DNA of 64,000 nt from Gemmatimonadales bacterium (GCA_019637315.1 JAHBVU010000019.1:1371-65370), one strand, 5' to 3'. Positions 38,374 through 46,950 are shown, counted from the first letter of the stretch. Translations and numbers: made by a program. Notes: generated from the letters alone by a model not told the origin.

Positions 38374-38832
38374 CTAGCTGCTTGGTGCGCGTGCGTCCTC
38401 TGGGGCCGACCGAACTGCTGCCGGACGGATCCGGTGGCGAAGCGCGAGCAGGCCGCAGACCAGTCCGAGCGCCTGGGCAATGCCGCCCGCGACGATCGCT
38501 CCGCGGAGCCAGTCGGGCCCGTCGGCCCGATGAAACTCCGCGGCAGCGCGAACGGCTGTGCCGAGCGTGATTGCCCACCAAGCTAATTCGCCCGCCACCT
38601 CACGACGCGGTCGTTGAGACCTTGGAGGCCGTGGGAAGAGCCAGAGGGCGGTGCCGAGGATGGTCTGGAGCACCGCGCCGACGAGTATCAGGTGGGCGTG
38701 GACGCTGACCTGATGGCGTGCGGGCCACTGGCCCAGGAGTTCTCGGGCAAGCAGGAGCCAGAGACCGATGCCGATGCCCGCGGCCATGAACAGAGCGGCC
38801 GAAACCAGGAACCGCCGTGACAGTTCGGACAC
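38374..38832 (-). CDS. 4-TM membrane protein, paralog of the upstream gene, heme-copper-oxidase subunit I helix-X-like (HxH)
   Basis: 152 aa. The segment SVHAHLILVGAVLQTILGTALWLFPRP aligns with the upstream paralog. Confidence 0.6.
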   Translation of the reverse strand: MSELSRRFLVSAALFMAAGIGIGLWLLLARELLGQWPARHQVSVHAHLILVGAVLQTILGTALWLFPRPPRSQRPRREVAGELAWWAITLGTAVRAAAEFHRADGPDWLRGAIVAGGIAQALGLVCGLLALRHRIRPAAVRSAPEDARAPSS

Positions 38833-38835
38833 GGA

Positions 38836-39285
38836 CTACCCGGCAGCTCGGGTCGGCGCCCTGGCGAGTTGGCTGAAGGGCAGGGCGGCCCGATCGAGGG
38901 TGCGCCAGAGGTTCCAGACGAAGGCGTATGCCCCGACGGCTGAACCGATGCCACCCAGGGCGAGGAACCAGGTGGCCATGGGAGCCGCACGCGCGCGAAG
39001 AGCAAACCCGGTCACCAGCAGAGCCAGCCCGACGTTGGCGAGATACACATGGGCCATGGCCAGACGCGGCGCGTGGAGCGGCGTTGCGGCAAAGCGCGGC
39101 AGGACGTGGTACGCTACCCCGGCAATCATCATGAACACGAAGCCCAGGAGCAGCATGTGCAGGTGGACCGGCCGGTAGACCTGCCAGGCTGGTCGCAGCG
39201 CCATGGCGGCGCCGAGGGTGACGCCCAGAAGGAGCCAGACCAGCGCGCTGCGCAGAAAGCGCATGACATACGGATCCATCAGCAC
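38836..39285 (-). CDS. 4-TM membrane protein with heme-copper-oxidase subunit I helix-X-like motif
   Basis: 149 aa. PVHLHMLLLGFVFMMIAGVAYHVLPRF resembles the AHFHYVLSMGAVF......W.P.F segment of cytochrome oxidase subunit I. Confidence 0.6.
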   Translation of the reverse strand: MLMDPYVMRFLRSALVWLLLGVTLGAAMALRPAWQVYRPVHLHMLLLGFVFMMIAGVAYHVLPRFAATPLHAPRLAMAHVYLANVGLALLVTGFALRARAAPMATWFLALGGIGSAVGAYAFVWNLWRTLDRAALPFSQLARAPTRAAG

Positions 39286-39617
39286 ATCCGGCAGCAGGAG
39301 GGAGCGATCGTCACCGTGAGTTCGAGCCCATCATCGTCCGCCTCGACGGCGTGAGGCGTCTGCGGCTCGAGCTGAACCACCACGCCTGCCGTCAGTCGGC
39401 GGAGTTCGGACTCCCCGAGCCGGAGCGTGCCGGAACCGCTGTCGGTTGCAATCACGACCCGCTCCGGGTTCTGGTGCAACGGGAGCGCTTGGCGGGCTTG
39501 GAACAGGAGCCGGAAGGTGCGGCCGTCAGGTGTGGTGACAAGATCGACCACGGCGGGGCGGTCCGGCGAGCGCGCCGCGGGCAGGTCACAGGTCTTGGAC
39601 GCGAGTGGATCCGTCAT
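39279..39617 (-). CDS. Cupin-like small protein with a C-terminal SCCRMC tail
   Basis: 112 aa. GAGGA SD 5 nt upstream of the ATG. Beta-rich cupin-like pattern (LPLHQNPERVVIATDSGSGTLRLG...GVVVQLEPQTPHAV). Confidence 0.55.
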   Translation of the reverse strand: MTDPLASKTCDLPAARSPDRPAVVDLVTTPDGRTFRLLFQARQALPLHQNPERVVIATDSGSGTLRLGESELRRLTAGVVVQLEPQTPHAVEADDDGLELTVTIAPSCCRMC

Positions 39618-39672
39618 GGCAGTCCTCGAGAAATAGGTACCTGGATAATGGGCCGCTCGCCGGTGAGAGCGG

Positions 39673-39688
39673 TGTGACGCTTGTCACA
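39673..39688. promoter_or_regulatory. Perfect CRP/FNR-type box TGTGA-cgcttg-TCACA in the divergent promoter region
   Basis: Read directly and anchored on ORF 39681. It is centred about 42 nt upstream of a TSS predicted from a minus-strand CATTAT -10 (39650-39645), and 29 nt upstream of the crp/fnr-family ATG. Confidence 0.7.
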
Positions 39689-39716
39689 GGGAATCCGGCT
39701 GCGTTTGTTTTCGGGT

Positions 39717-40415
39717 ATGACAGCCCTGCTCGAGGCCTTGCGCGAGGCGTCCTTTCTTTCCGGCCTTTCCGAGCCAGCGCTGGAACGGTTGGCGGCCCGC
39801 TGTGTGCCACGAACCGTCGGCGCCGGTTTTTCGCTCTTCCGCGCTGGCGAGCCGTGCAGCGGCGTGTACATCGTCCTCGAAGGCCAAGTCCGGGTCTATC
39901 GGACCGCGCCCGACGGCAGGGAACAGACCCTCACGGTCGAGGGGCCGGGGCGCCCGGTGGCCGAGTTACCCTTGTTTGACGGCGGGCCGTATCCCGCCAG
40001 CGGGATAACGGTGGTAGCCTCGCAGCTTGCCTTTCTTCCGCGGGCGGAGTTCGAGTATGCCTTCCGGCACGATCCGGAGGTGGCGGCTGCCGTGGTTGCT
40101 GCGCTGGGGCGTCGCCTCCGGCACCTGGTGCAATTGGTCGAAACCATTGCCTTTCGCGATGTCGCGGCCCGACTGGCAATGCATCTCGCTGACTACGCCA
40201 GCCGCGATGGTCATCTCGATGGCCCCGATGTCGTCCTCGATCTGCCGCGAACCCAGGAAGAGCTGGCGACGGAAATCGGGACGGCACGCGAGTCCGTCTC
40301 ACGCGCCATCAAGCAGCTCAAAAAGGTTGGACTGGTTCGTGACCTGTCAGGAACGGTTTGGCGTCTGTCACCGGTCGGCCAGTTGCGGGACTGGGCCAGG
40401 GGTGGGGCCTCGTGA
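39717..40415 (+). CDS. Crp/Fnr family transcriptional regulator
   Basis: cNMP-binding-like N-terminus (FLSGLSEPALERLAAR...GEPCSGVYIVLEGQVRVYR) and C-terminal HTH (TQEELATEIGTARESVSRAIKQLKKVGL). There is no N-terminal Cys cluster of the FNR type. Confidence 0.85.
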   Translation: MTALLEALREASFLSGLSEPALERLAARCVPRTVGAGFSLFRAGEPCSGVYIVLEGQVRVYRTAPDGREQTLTVEGPGRPVAELPLFDGGPYPASGITVVASQLAFLPRAEFEYAFRHDPEVAAAVVAALGRRLRHLVQLVETIAFRDVAARLAMHLADYASRDGHLDGPDVVLDLPRTQEELATEIGTARESVSRAIKQLKKVGLVRDLSGTVWRLSPVGQLRDWARGGAS

Positions 40416-40457
40416 CACTCCGGAGCGAGGGACGCGCTGTTCGCCCAGGTTGGTGGC

Positions 40458-41000
40458 ATGACTGACGAGTCCGGTGACCCGCTGCCCGGCCTCGATCCCG
40501 AGTCTATCGTCGATCTCGACGTTCGGGGTGACCTTGCCGAGGGCAACCCGCCGCTCGGTCGTGTGCTCCGCGCGGCGGCGGCGCTGGCACCGCACCAGGT
40601 GCTCCATCTGCGATCGCCCTTCCGACCGGAGCGCTTGCTGGGCCGGCTCGCTCGAGAGGGCTATGCCTGGCACACGGAACGTTTCAGCGAGGGCGACTGG
40701 TCGACCTGGTTCTGGCGCAGGGAGGGTTTGTCGGTCCCGGGCGCGAGGACGAGCGATGACGCCGCGGCCGCCGTCTCGGATCTGGTGCCGGAGGGAGTAA
40801 TGGATCTGCGATTACTGCCGCCGCCGGAGCCGATCCTTCGCGTGCTCGAACGGATCGAGGTCGATCCCGGGCCGTTCGATATCCTGGTTCCATTCTACCC
40901 CGAGCCGCTGGTGCGAATCCTCGAGCCGACGGGCCGCCGAATTGTCCTGGTTCAGCATCGACCGGACGGCGTGCAGGTGCGGATCGAACCGGCGTCCTGA
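40458..41000 (+). CDS. DUF2249-like protein (two tandem repeats)
   Basis: Two repeats of the pattern LDVR...P....VL.....L.....L.L..PF.P..L (DLDVRGDLAEGNPPLGRVL...LHLRSPFRPERLL and MDLRLLPPPEPILRVL...ILVPFYPEPLV). Confidence 0.6.
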   Translation: MTDESGDPLPGLDPESIVDLDVRGDLAEGNPPLGRVLRAAAALAPHQVLHLRSPFRPERLLGRLAREGYAWHTERFSEGDWSTWFWRREGLSVPGARTSDDAAAAVSDLVPEGVMDLRLLPPPEPILRVLERIEVDPGPFDILVPFYPEPLVRILEPTGRRIVLVQHRPDGVQVRIEPAS

Positions 41001-41040
41001 CGGGCCGATTCGGCCTCGTTCCGCTTGCAGCGGCGGGACC

Positions 41041-41068
41041 AGGAGGGCATCATTGATGATGCCTTCCT
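41041..41068 (+). terminator. 12-bp-stem hairpin AGGAGGGCATCA-ttga-TGATGCCTTCCT after the DUF2249 gene
   Basis: Read directly (one G-U pair). No T tract. It also sequesters an AGGAGG motif. Confidence 0.4.
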
Positions 41069-41219
41069 CAGTCATGGAGTCGCCTGAATCACAACCGGCC
41101 GGTCGGTCAGTCTCGACCAGACCGGCGCAGGGTCAATTCGCCTGGTGCGGATCACCGGCACCCTCTTCATGGTCGACGCCGTTTGCATCGGTTATCAGCG
41201 ATGCTGCCAGTCTGAGACC

Positions 41220-43265
41220 GTGATTCGACTCATCCTCCTCGGCTTGATGCTGGCCGGACCGTCGTGGCTCGGCGCGCAGGAGCGCACCTGCCGACCAGCG
41301 CGGACGGCGCTCGTGTTGAGCGGCGGGGGCGCCAAGGGGATTGCCCACATCGGGGTGCTCGAGGCGCTCGATCGCATCGGCTATCGCCCGGATCTGATCG
41401 TCGGAACCAGCATCGGCGCCATCGTCGGCGGCCTCTATGCCAGCGGCTACTCGGCGCGTCAGATCGACTCGCTGACCCGGGCCCTGCCGCTCGCGGACAT
41501 CGTCCGTCCGTTCCGGGTCACGGCGCCCGATGCCTGGGACGATCGCCTCCCGCTCGTGTTCATGATTCGCGGTCGCAATGGATTCGAGTTTCAGACTGGT
41601 GTGGTCGACGAGAGTCGGCCTAACGCTCGGCTCAATGCGGCACTGCTGCGCGGCAACCTGACGGCCCGGGGCGACTTCGATCGGCTGCCGATTCCGTTCC
41701 GTGCCATTGCCACCGACCTGCGAACCCGCCAGCCGGTGGTCATCCGGGATGGCGACCTCGCCCGGGCGGTCCGTGCCAGCAGTGCGGTGCCTCTCGTCTT
41801 TCCGCCCGTCGTGCGCGATGGTGCGGTCCTCGTCGATGGCGGGCTGTCGGCCAATATCCCGATTGCCCAGGCACGGGAGGCCGGGGCGGACCGCGTCATC
41901 GTGGTCGACGTGACCGCGCGCCTCTCGTCGGATCTCGATCCGGAGTCGCCGTTCGGGCTGGCCGAGCAGTTGATCGGGTTTCTCTTCAATCAGGAGGAGG
42001 CTCCGCTCGGTCCCGACGACATCTATGTTCGGCCGGCGGTGCAGGGCTATCGGTCGCTCGACTTCTCGCCGGAGACGATCGACGAGATCCTGACGCATGG
42101 ACGGCGTGCGGCGGACACGACGATCATGCGGGGGCAATGTCTGGCCCGATCCGAGCCGATGGGTTCGGCGGCGTCGCCATCGGTACTGAGCGGATGGAGC
42201 GTCGCGAGCGGCATCGCCGCCGACGGCATTCTGCTGAGGCGGATACTGCCGCTGGATGCGTCTCGCAAGCTCGATGTCGAGCGGCTTCGCGCCGGCCTGC
42301 TTGGGCTGGCCGAAATCGAATCGTTTCGGGGGGCGTGGCTCAATCCGACCGGTCGGGGCGACAGCGTTCATCTGCACCTCGAGCCGATGCCGGTACCGCG
42401 CACCGTCGGCGGCGGCGGAGTCGCCTACGATCACGAATGGGGCGGCAAGATCTGGGTCGGCCTGTTCGATCGCCGCCTGGCGGGAAGCACACTCGAGGGC
42501 AGTGCGCTTGCCTCGCTTGGTAAGTATCAGCAGGAACTGTTCGGCTCCGTGTTCTGGCATGCCAGGGGAGGGTGGTCATCGGTGGCTCCGCACCTCACGC
42601 TCCGGGCCCGGTCCGATGACATTCGGCGGTTTTCGGCGGACGGTACCGAGTTGCCGCACCTGGTCGCCCGGGATGCCCGACTCACAGCTGGCGTGGAACT
42701 CCGACCCGCGCCCGGCTGGCGAGTCGCGGTCGGCGGCGACGCCCTGACCTGGGGATCCGACTCGACCCGTGGTAATGCGGCCATCGGCGGGTCGCTGCGC
42801 GTGTCACGAGCCGGGCCGCGGGGCGTCATGCTGACTGGCGACGCCCTCGTGATGGACGCCTTTCAGCGAGTGCGAGCGACGGCGTCCTGGCCGGTCGTGC
42901 GCAGGCGGTGGCGAGTGGCGCCATCTGCGCGGGTAGGCCTCGGGTCGTCGGGGCTTCCGGTGCAGCTGACCTTTCCGCTTGGTGGCAACGACGGCTTTCC
43001 CGGCGTGCATCACGGCGAGTGGCGGGGTACCCGGGAACTGATGGCGTCGCTCCAGGCTGGAGTGGCAGTGGTGCGTCCGCTCGAGGTTCGGCTCCAGTTC
43101 GCGGCGGGCCGGGCCTGGTCACCCGGTCTCGCGCGGGTCGACGGGCTGTACGGCGCCCGGGTCGGCCTCGGGGCCGAGACGCCTGCAGGGCCGATCGAGG
43201 TGGGCTATGGGGTCACGACCTCGGGCCGCGAAGCGCTCTACGTCAGGATAGGGAGGTGGTTCTGA
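41220..43265 (+). CDS. Patatin-like phospholipase fused to an Omp85/BamA-type beta-barrel (PlpD-like, type Vd secretion architecture)
   Basis: Patatin motifs LVLSGGGAKGIAHIGVLEAL, GTSIGA and DGG. The C-terminus ends in ...ALYVRIGRWF. A GTG start at 41220 gives signal VIRLILLGLMLAGPSWLGAQ. ATG 41169 is an alternative start. Confidence 0.8.
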   Translation: MIRLILLGLMLAGPSWLGAQERTCRPARTALVLSGGGAKGIAHIGVLEALDRIGYRPDLIVGTSIGAIVGGLYASGYSARQIDSLTRALPLADIVRPFRVTAPDAWDDRLPLVFMIRGRNGFEFQTGVVDESRPNARLNAALLRGNLTARGDFDRLPIPFRAIATDLRTRQPVVIRDGDLARAVRASSAVPLVFPPVVRDGAVLVDGGLSANIPIAQAREAGADRVIVVDVTARLSSDLDPESPFGLAEQLIGFLFNQEEAPLGPDDIYVRPAVQGYRSLDFSPETIDEILTHGRRAADTTIMRGQCLARSEPMGSAASPSVLSGWSVASGIAADGILLRRILPLDASRKLDVERLRAGLLGLAEIESFRGAWLNPTGRGDSVHLHLEPMPVPRTVGGGGVAYDHEWGGKIWVGLFDRRLAGSTLEGSALASLGKYQQELFGSVFWHARGGWSSVAPHLTLRARSDDIRRFSADGTELPHLVARDARLTAGVELRPAPGWRVAVGGDALTWGSDSTRGNAAIGGSLRVSRAGPRGVMLTGDALVMDAFQRVRATASWPVVRRRWRVAPSARVGLGSSGLPVQLTFPLGGNDGFPGVHHGEWRGTRELMASLQAGVAVVRPLEVRLQFAAGRAWSPGLARVDGLYGARVGLGAETPAGPIEVGYGVTTSGREALYVRIGRWF

Positions 43266-43471
43266 TGGCCGGACTGATCGGGCTGCTGGCCGCCGTCGCT
43301 CTCGTGATCTGGTTCGTGAGCCGGCCGAAGCGCGCGGCGGACCCGTCGCCCGTTGCCGATCGAGAGGAACTCGAGGCGGCCGAACGTGAGCTGGCCGATG
43401 ATGGCAACCCACGGGTCTTCGACGGGCAGGACGACGAGGACGATTGGGGTCCAGGAGCGCCGTCTCGATGA
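43265..43471 (+). CDS. Small single-TM protein with an acidic tail (68 aa)
   Basis: Its ATG overlaps the patatin-gene stop (TGATG). MAGLIGLLAAVALVIWFV TM helix followed by an Asp/Glu-rich tail. Confidence 0.45.
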   Translation: MAGLIGLLAAVALVIWFVSRPKRAADPSPVADREELEAAERELADDGNPRVFDGQDDEDDWGPGAPSR

Positions 43472-43543
43472 TGTTGCCCCGGCAGGAGGCTCCGGATAGA
43501 ATGGGGCCGAACCGCTGAATCACTCCTTGACGAGATCCTGCTG

Positions 43544-45073
43544 ATGCTTCGTACTCTGTTCCCACTGGCCCTGATCGGCCTCCCGTCGTCAACGCTTCTT
43601 GCGCAAGATACGGCCGCGCCTCCGGCTGCCGCCGCGGCTCGCGTAGCGGGCCGCGATGCCGCCGTCCGCTTCCCGGCAGATTCCGCAGTACGGCGGGACG
43701 GGGTCGTGACGATCAAGGGCCAGCGGGTCCCCTACCGCACCACGGTCGGGACCCAGCCCGTCTGGGACGAGAAGGGCGCCGTCGTTGCGGCCGTCTTCTA
43801 CACCTACTACGAACGCAGTGATGTGGCCGATCGATCCACTCGACCGCTGGCCATCTCGTTCAACGGTGGTCCGGGGTCGGCCTCGGTCTGGATGCACGTC
43901 GCCTATACCGGACCCAAGCTGTTGCGGATCGATAGCGAAGGGCATCCGGTGCAGCCCTACGGCGTCGTCGACAACCCGCACTCGATTCTCGACGTGGCGG
44001 ATATTGTCTATGTCGATCCGGTCAACACCGGTTTCTCTCGCATCGTGGGCGACGCCAAACGCGATCAGTTCTTCGGCGTCAATGAGGACATTGCCTACCT
44101 GGCGCGCTGGATCGATGCCTTCGTCGGTCGGCAGGGCCGCTGGACCAGCCCGAAGTATCTGATCGGCGAGAGCTATGGAACCAATCGCGTCTCCGGTCTG
44201 GCGCAGCGCCTGCAAAGCTCGCACTGGATGTATCTGAACGGAGTCGTGCTGGTCTCGCCCACGGTCCTGGGGGTTGACCGCGGCGGGCCGGTTGGTGCAG
44301 CCCTCAAGTTGCCGTACTATGCGGCGACCGCCTGGTATCACAAGGCGCTCCCTGCGGATTTGCAGGCTCGTGATCTCGATCAAGTCCTGCCTGAGGTCGA
44401 GCGCTTTACGGTTGACGAACTGATTCCCGGGATGGTCATGGGCGGCTCGCTCGAGGCGACCAAACGCGACGCGCTGATCAAGCGGTTTGCCCGGTACAGC
44501 GGCCTGTCGGAGGTCGTCGTGCGAGAGCACGCGCTGGCGGTGCCAACGTCCTTCTACTGGAAAGAATTGCTGCGCAGCAGCGGCTTCACGGTCGGACGGC
44601 TCGACTCGCGCTATCGCGGCTTCGACCGGGTCGATGCCGGCACGGCCCCGGACTTCGATCCAGCGCTCACCGCCTGGAACCATGCCTTTGCCCCGGCCAT
44701 CAACCACTACCTGCGTGACGTGCTCGGCTGGAAAACCGATCTGCAGTACTGGCTCTTCGGGCCGGTCCACCCGTGGAATCGGGTGGGAGACGAGACCGGC
44801 GCCAACCTGCAGCAGGCGCTTGGTGCCAATCCCTATCTGCATCTGCTGGTGCAGTCGGGCTACTACGACGGGGGCACTCCGTACTTCGATGCCAAGTACA
44901 CCATGTGGCACATGGATCCGAGCGGGCGCTTTCAGGATCGCATGAGCTTCAAAGGATACCGGTCCGGCCACATGATGTACCTGCGGCAGGAGGATCTTGC
45001 GACTTCGAACGAGGACATTCGCGCCTTCATTGCCAGAACGTTGCCGAAGGCGGGACAGCCCGCAAAGCGCTGA
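43544..45073 (+). CDS. Peptidase S10 (serine carboxypeptidase) family, secreted
   Basis: Motifs FNGGPGSAS and LIGESYG (GESYxG nucleophile). Confidence 0.8.
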   Translation: MLRTLFPLALIGLPSSTLLAQDTAAPPAAAAARVAGRDAAVRFPADSAVRRDGVVTIKGQRVPYRTTVGTQPVWDEKGAVVAAVFYTYYERSDVADRSTRPLAISFNGGPGSASVWMHVAYTGPKLLRIDSEGHPVQPYGVVDNPHSILDVADIVYVDPVNTGFSRIVGDAKRDQFFGVNEDIAYLARWIDAFVGRQGRWTSPKYLIGESYGTNRVSGLAQRLQSSHWMYLNGVVLVSPTVLGVDRGGPVGAALKLPYYAATAWYHKALPADLQARDLDQVLPEVERFTVDELIPGMVMGGSLEATKRDALIKRFARYSGLSEVVVREHALAVPTSFYWKELLRSSGFTVGRLDSRYRGFDRVDAGTAPDFDPALTAWNHAFAPAINHYLRDVLGWKTDLQYWLFGPVHPWNRVGDETGANLQQALGANPYLHLLVQSGYYDGGTPYFDAKYTMWHMDPSGRFQDRMSFKGYRSGHMMYLRQEDLATSNEDIRAFIARTLPKAGQPAKR

Positions 45074-45155
45074 CCTCTGATGCGGGTATATTGAAAGGCA
45101 GACGTTGCGCTCGGATATCGATCCGCCGCATCGGAGACCATGATGGAGACTGACC

Positions 45156-45407
45156 ATGAGTGATGACGATCTGAAGGCTGAACTGGAACGCCTGCGGGCT
45201 GAGAATGCGTCCCTCAAGGAGCGAGACAAATCGAAGCGGGCTGTCTACCTCAAAGTGAGCGAGAAGGGGGGGCTCTCGCTCTATGGATTGGGCCGCTTTC
45301 CGGTCACACTCTACAAAGAGCAATGGAGCCGACTGCTCGACATGGCGGACGAGATTCGCACCTTCTTGCGGGACAACGACGCGACCCTCAAGAGCAAGGG
45401 CGATTGA
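45156..45407 (+). CDS. Small hypothetical protein (83 aa, N-terminal coiled coil)
   Basis: GGAGA SD 6 nt upstream. The segment KVSEKGGLSLYGLGRFPVTLYKEQW looks like a conserved small-protein family whose name I cannot recall. Confidence 0.55.
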   Translation: MSDDDLKAELERLRAENASLKERDKSKRAVYLKVSEKGGLSLYGLGRFPVTLYKEQWSRLLDMADEIRTFLRDNDATLKSKGD

Positions 45408-45412
45408 CTGAT

Positions 45413-45446
45413 CGCGGCTCCCGGGTGAATCGGCCCGGGAGCCGCG
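45413..45446. terminator. 13-bp perfect hairpin between convergent genes (bidirectional terminator candidate)
   Basis: CGCGGCTCCCGGG-tgaatcgg-CCCGGGAGCCGCG. Confidence 0.6.
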
Positions 45447-45450
45447 AGCG

Positions 45451-46734
45451 TCAGCCGCCCACCCGGCTGGCGAGTACTTTGTCGATTCGCTTCTCGTCCA
45501 TATCGACGATCTCGAAGGTCCAGTTGTCCCACTGCACTCGATCGCCCGTCGCACCGACTCGTCCCAGCAGCAGCATCATCATTCCGCTCACCGTGTGGTA
45601 ACGTCCGGCGTCTTCTTCGGGGAGTTGCCTGATTCCCAACCGGTCTTTTAGTTCAGGAATCGGAATGGTTCCGTCGAGGAGCCAGGATCCGTCCTCGCGC
45701 TGCAATGCCCATGCGTCACCCCCGCCGGGGGTCGAGAGTTCGCCGGTCACGGCCTCGAGCAAGTCCTGCAGTGTCACCAGTCCTTTGATGCCACCGTACT
45801 CGTCCAGCACGAAGGCGGCCGACATGTGGTTGGTGCGGAAGCTCTCGAGCAGCTCGAGGCCGGTCAATGTCTCGGGGACGAAGGCAGGGGTCAGGAGCCC
45901 GGTCTGGATGTCCGGAGTTTCACCTTTGAGGGTCTGCGCCAGGATCTGCTTTGCCGTCACCACGCCAACCAGGTTGTCGAGGTCGCCGTCACAGACCGGG
46001 AAGCGGGAATGCACCGAGTCGGCGACGCGGGCCATATTCTCCGTGATGGGCGCCTTGGTGTCGAGGTAGACGATGTCGGCTCGTGGCACCATCAGCGACC
46101 CGAGTTTTCGATCGTCGAGGCGGAAGAGGTTGCGGACCATCTCATGTTCCTCACGCTCGATCACACCAGCCTCAGACCCTTCGGCGAGGAAGGCGTGAAT
46201 CTCCTCCTCGGTGATCGACGCACTCGTGCTGTTCCGAACACCCATGAGGCGGAGGATCGTATTGGTCGAGAAGGAGAGCAGATGGACGAACGGCCTCGTG
46301 AGTTTGGCCAGGAGCAGCATCGGACGCGCGACCAGCCGTGCCACGCTCTCGGGGCTGAGCTGCCCCAGGCGCTTCGGCACCAGTTCGCCGATGACGATCG
46401 ACACATAGGTGATTACGATCACGACCAGGCCGGTTGCCAGGATCGACGCGGCCGCCTCGTTCAGCCCAACCGAACTCAGCCATAACGCGAAAGGTCCTGC
46501 GAAGACCGCTTCGCCGACAATACCGTTCAGGATGCCGATCGAGGTTATGCCGATCTGGATGGTGGACAGAAAGCGGGTTGGGTCCTCCCCCAGCCGGAGC
46601 GCGACTTGGGCTGCGCCGTCGCCGGCGCCGGCGAGCTTGGTCAAGCGGGCCTTTCGAGCGGTCACGAGCGCGATCTCCGACATCGCGAACAGGCCGTTGA
46701 GCAGAATCAGGCCGACCAGCAGGGCTATGGCCAT
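45451..46734 (-). CDS. CNNM/TlyC/CorC-type hemolysin-family protein (DUF21 + CBS pair + CorC_HlyC)
   Basis: 427 aa. N-terminal LILLNGLFAMSEIALVTARK, a CBS region, and a C-terminal transporter-associated domain (...WTFEIVDMDEKRIDKV). Confidence 0.9.
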   Translation of the reverse strand: MAIALLVGLILLNGLFAMSEIALVTARKARLTKLAGAGDGAAQVALRLGEDPTRFLSTIQIGITSIGILNGIVGEAVFAGPFALWLSSVGLNEAAASILATGLVVIVITYVSIVIGELVPKRLGQLSPESVARLVARPMLLLAKLTRPFVHLLSFSTNTILRLMGVRNSTSASITEEEIHAFLAEGSEAGVIEREEHEMVRNLFRLDDRKLGSLMVPRADIVYLDTKAPITENMARVADSVHSRFPVCDGDLDNLVGVVTAKQILAQTLKGETPDIQTGLLTPAFVPETLTGLELLESFRTNHMSAAFVLDEYGGIKGLVTLQDLLEAVTGELSTPGGGDAWALQREDGSWLLDGTIPIPELKDRLGIRQLPEEDAGRYHTVSGMMMLLLGRVGATGDRVQWDNWTFEIVDMDEKRIDKVLASRVGG

Positions 46735-46950
46735 CGACGGTGGTTCCTCACAATGGTAAGGGAGGGAACGGCTTCTCGAGGGAACCTAGGTGCGCCCGGG
46801 TCTCCGAATCAACGGGATTCGGTGCCCCGGCTGCGCCGGAAGGTGCCAGCTTTCTCGAGATCGGAGTGTCTAAGCGATTGAGATGCAATGTGTTGACGCC
46901 TCCCCTCGCGTGGAACTCTGAGAGCCGCATCGCGCTTGGGTCCGGCGGCG

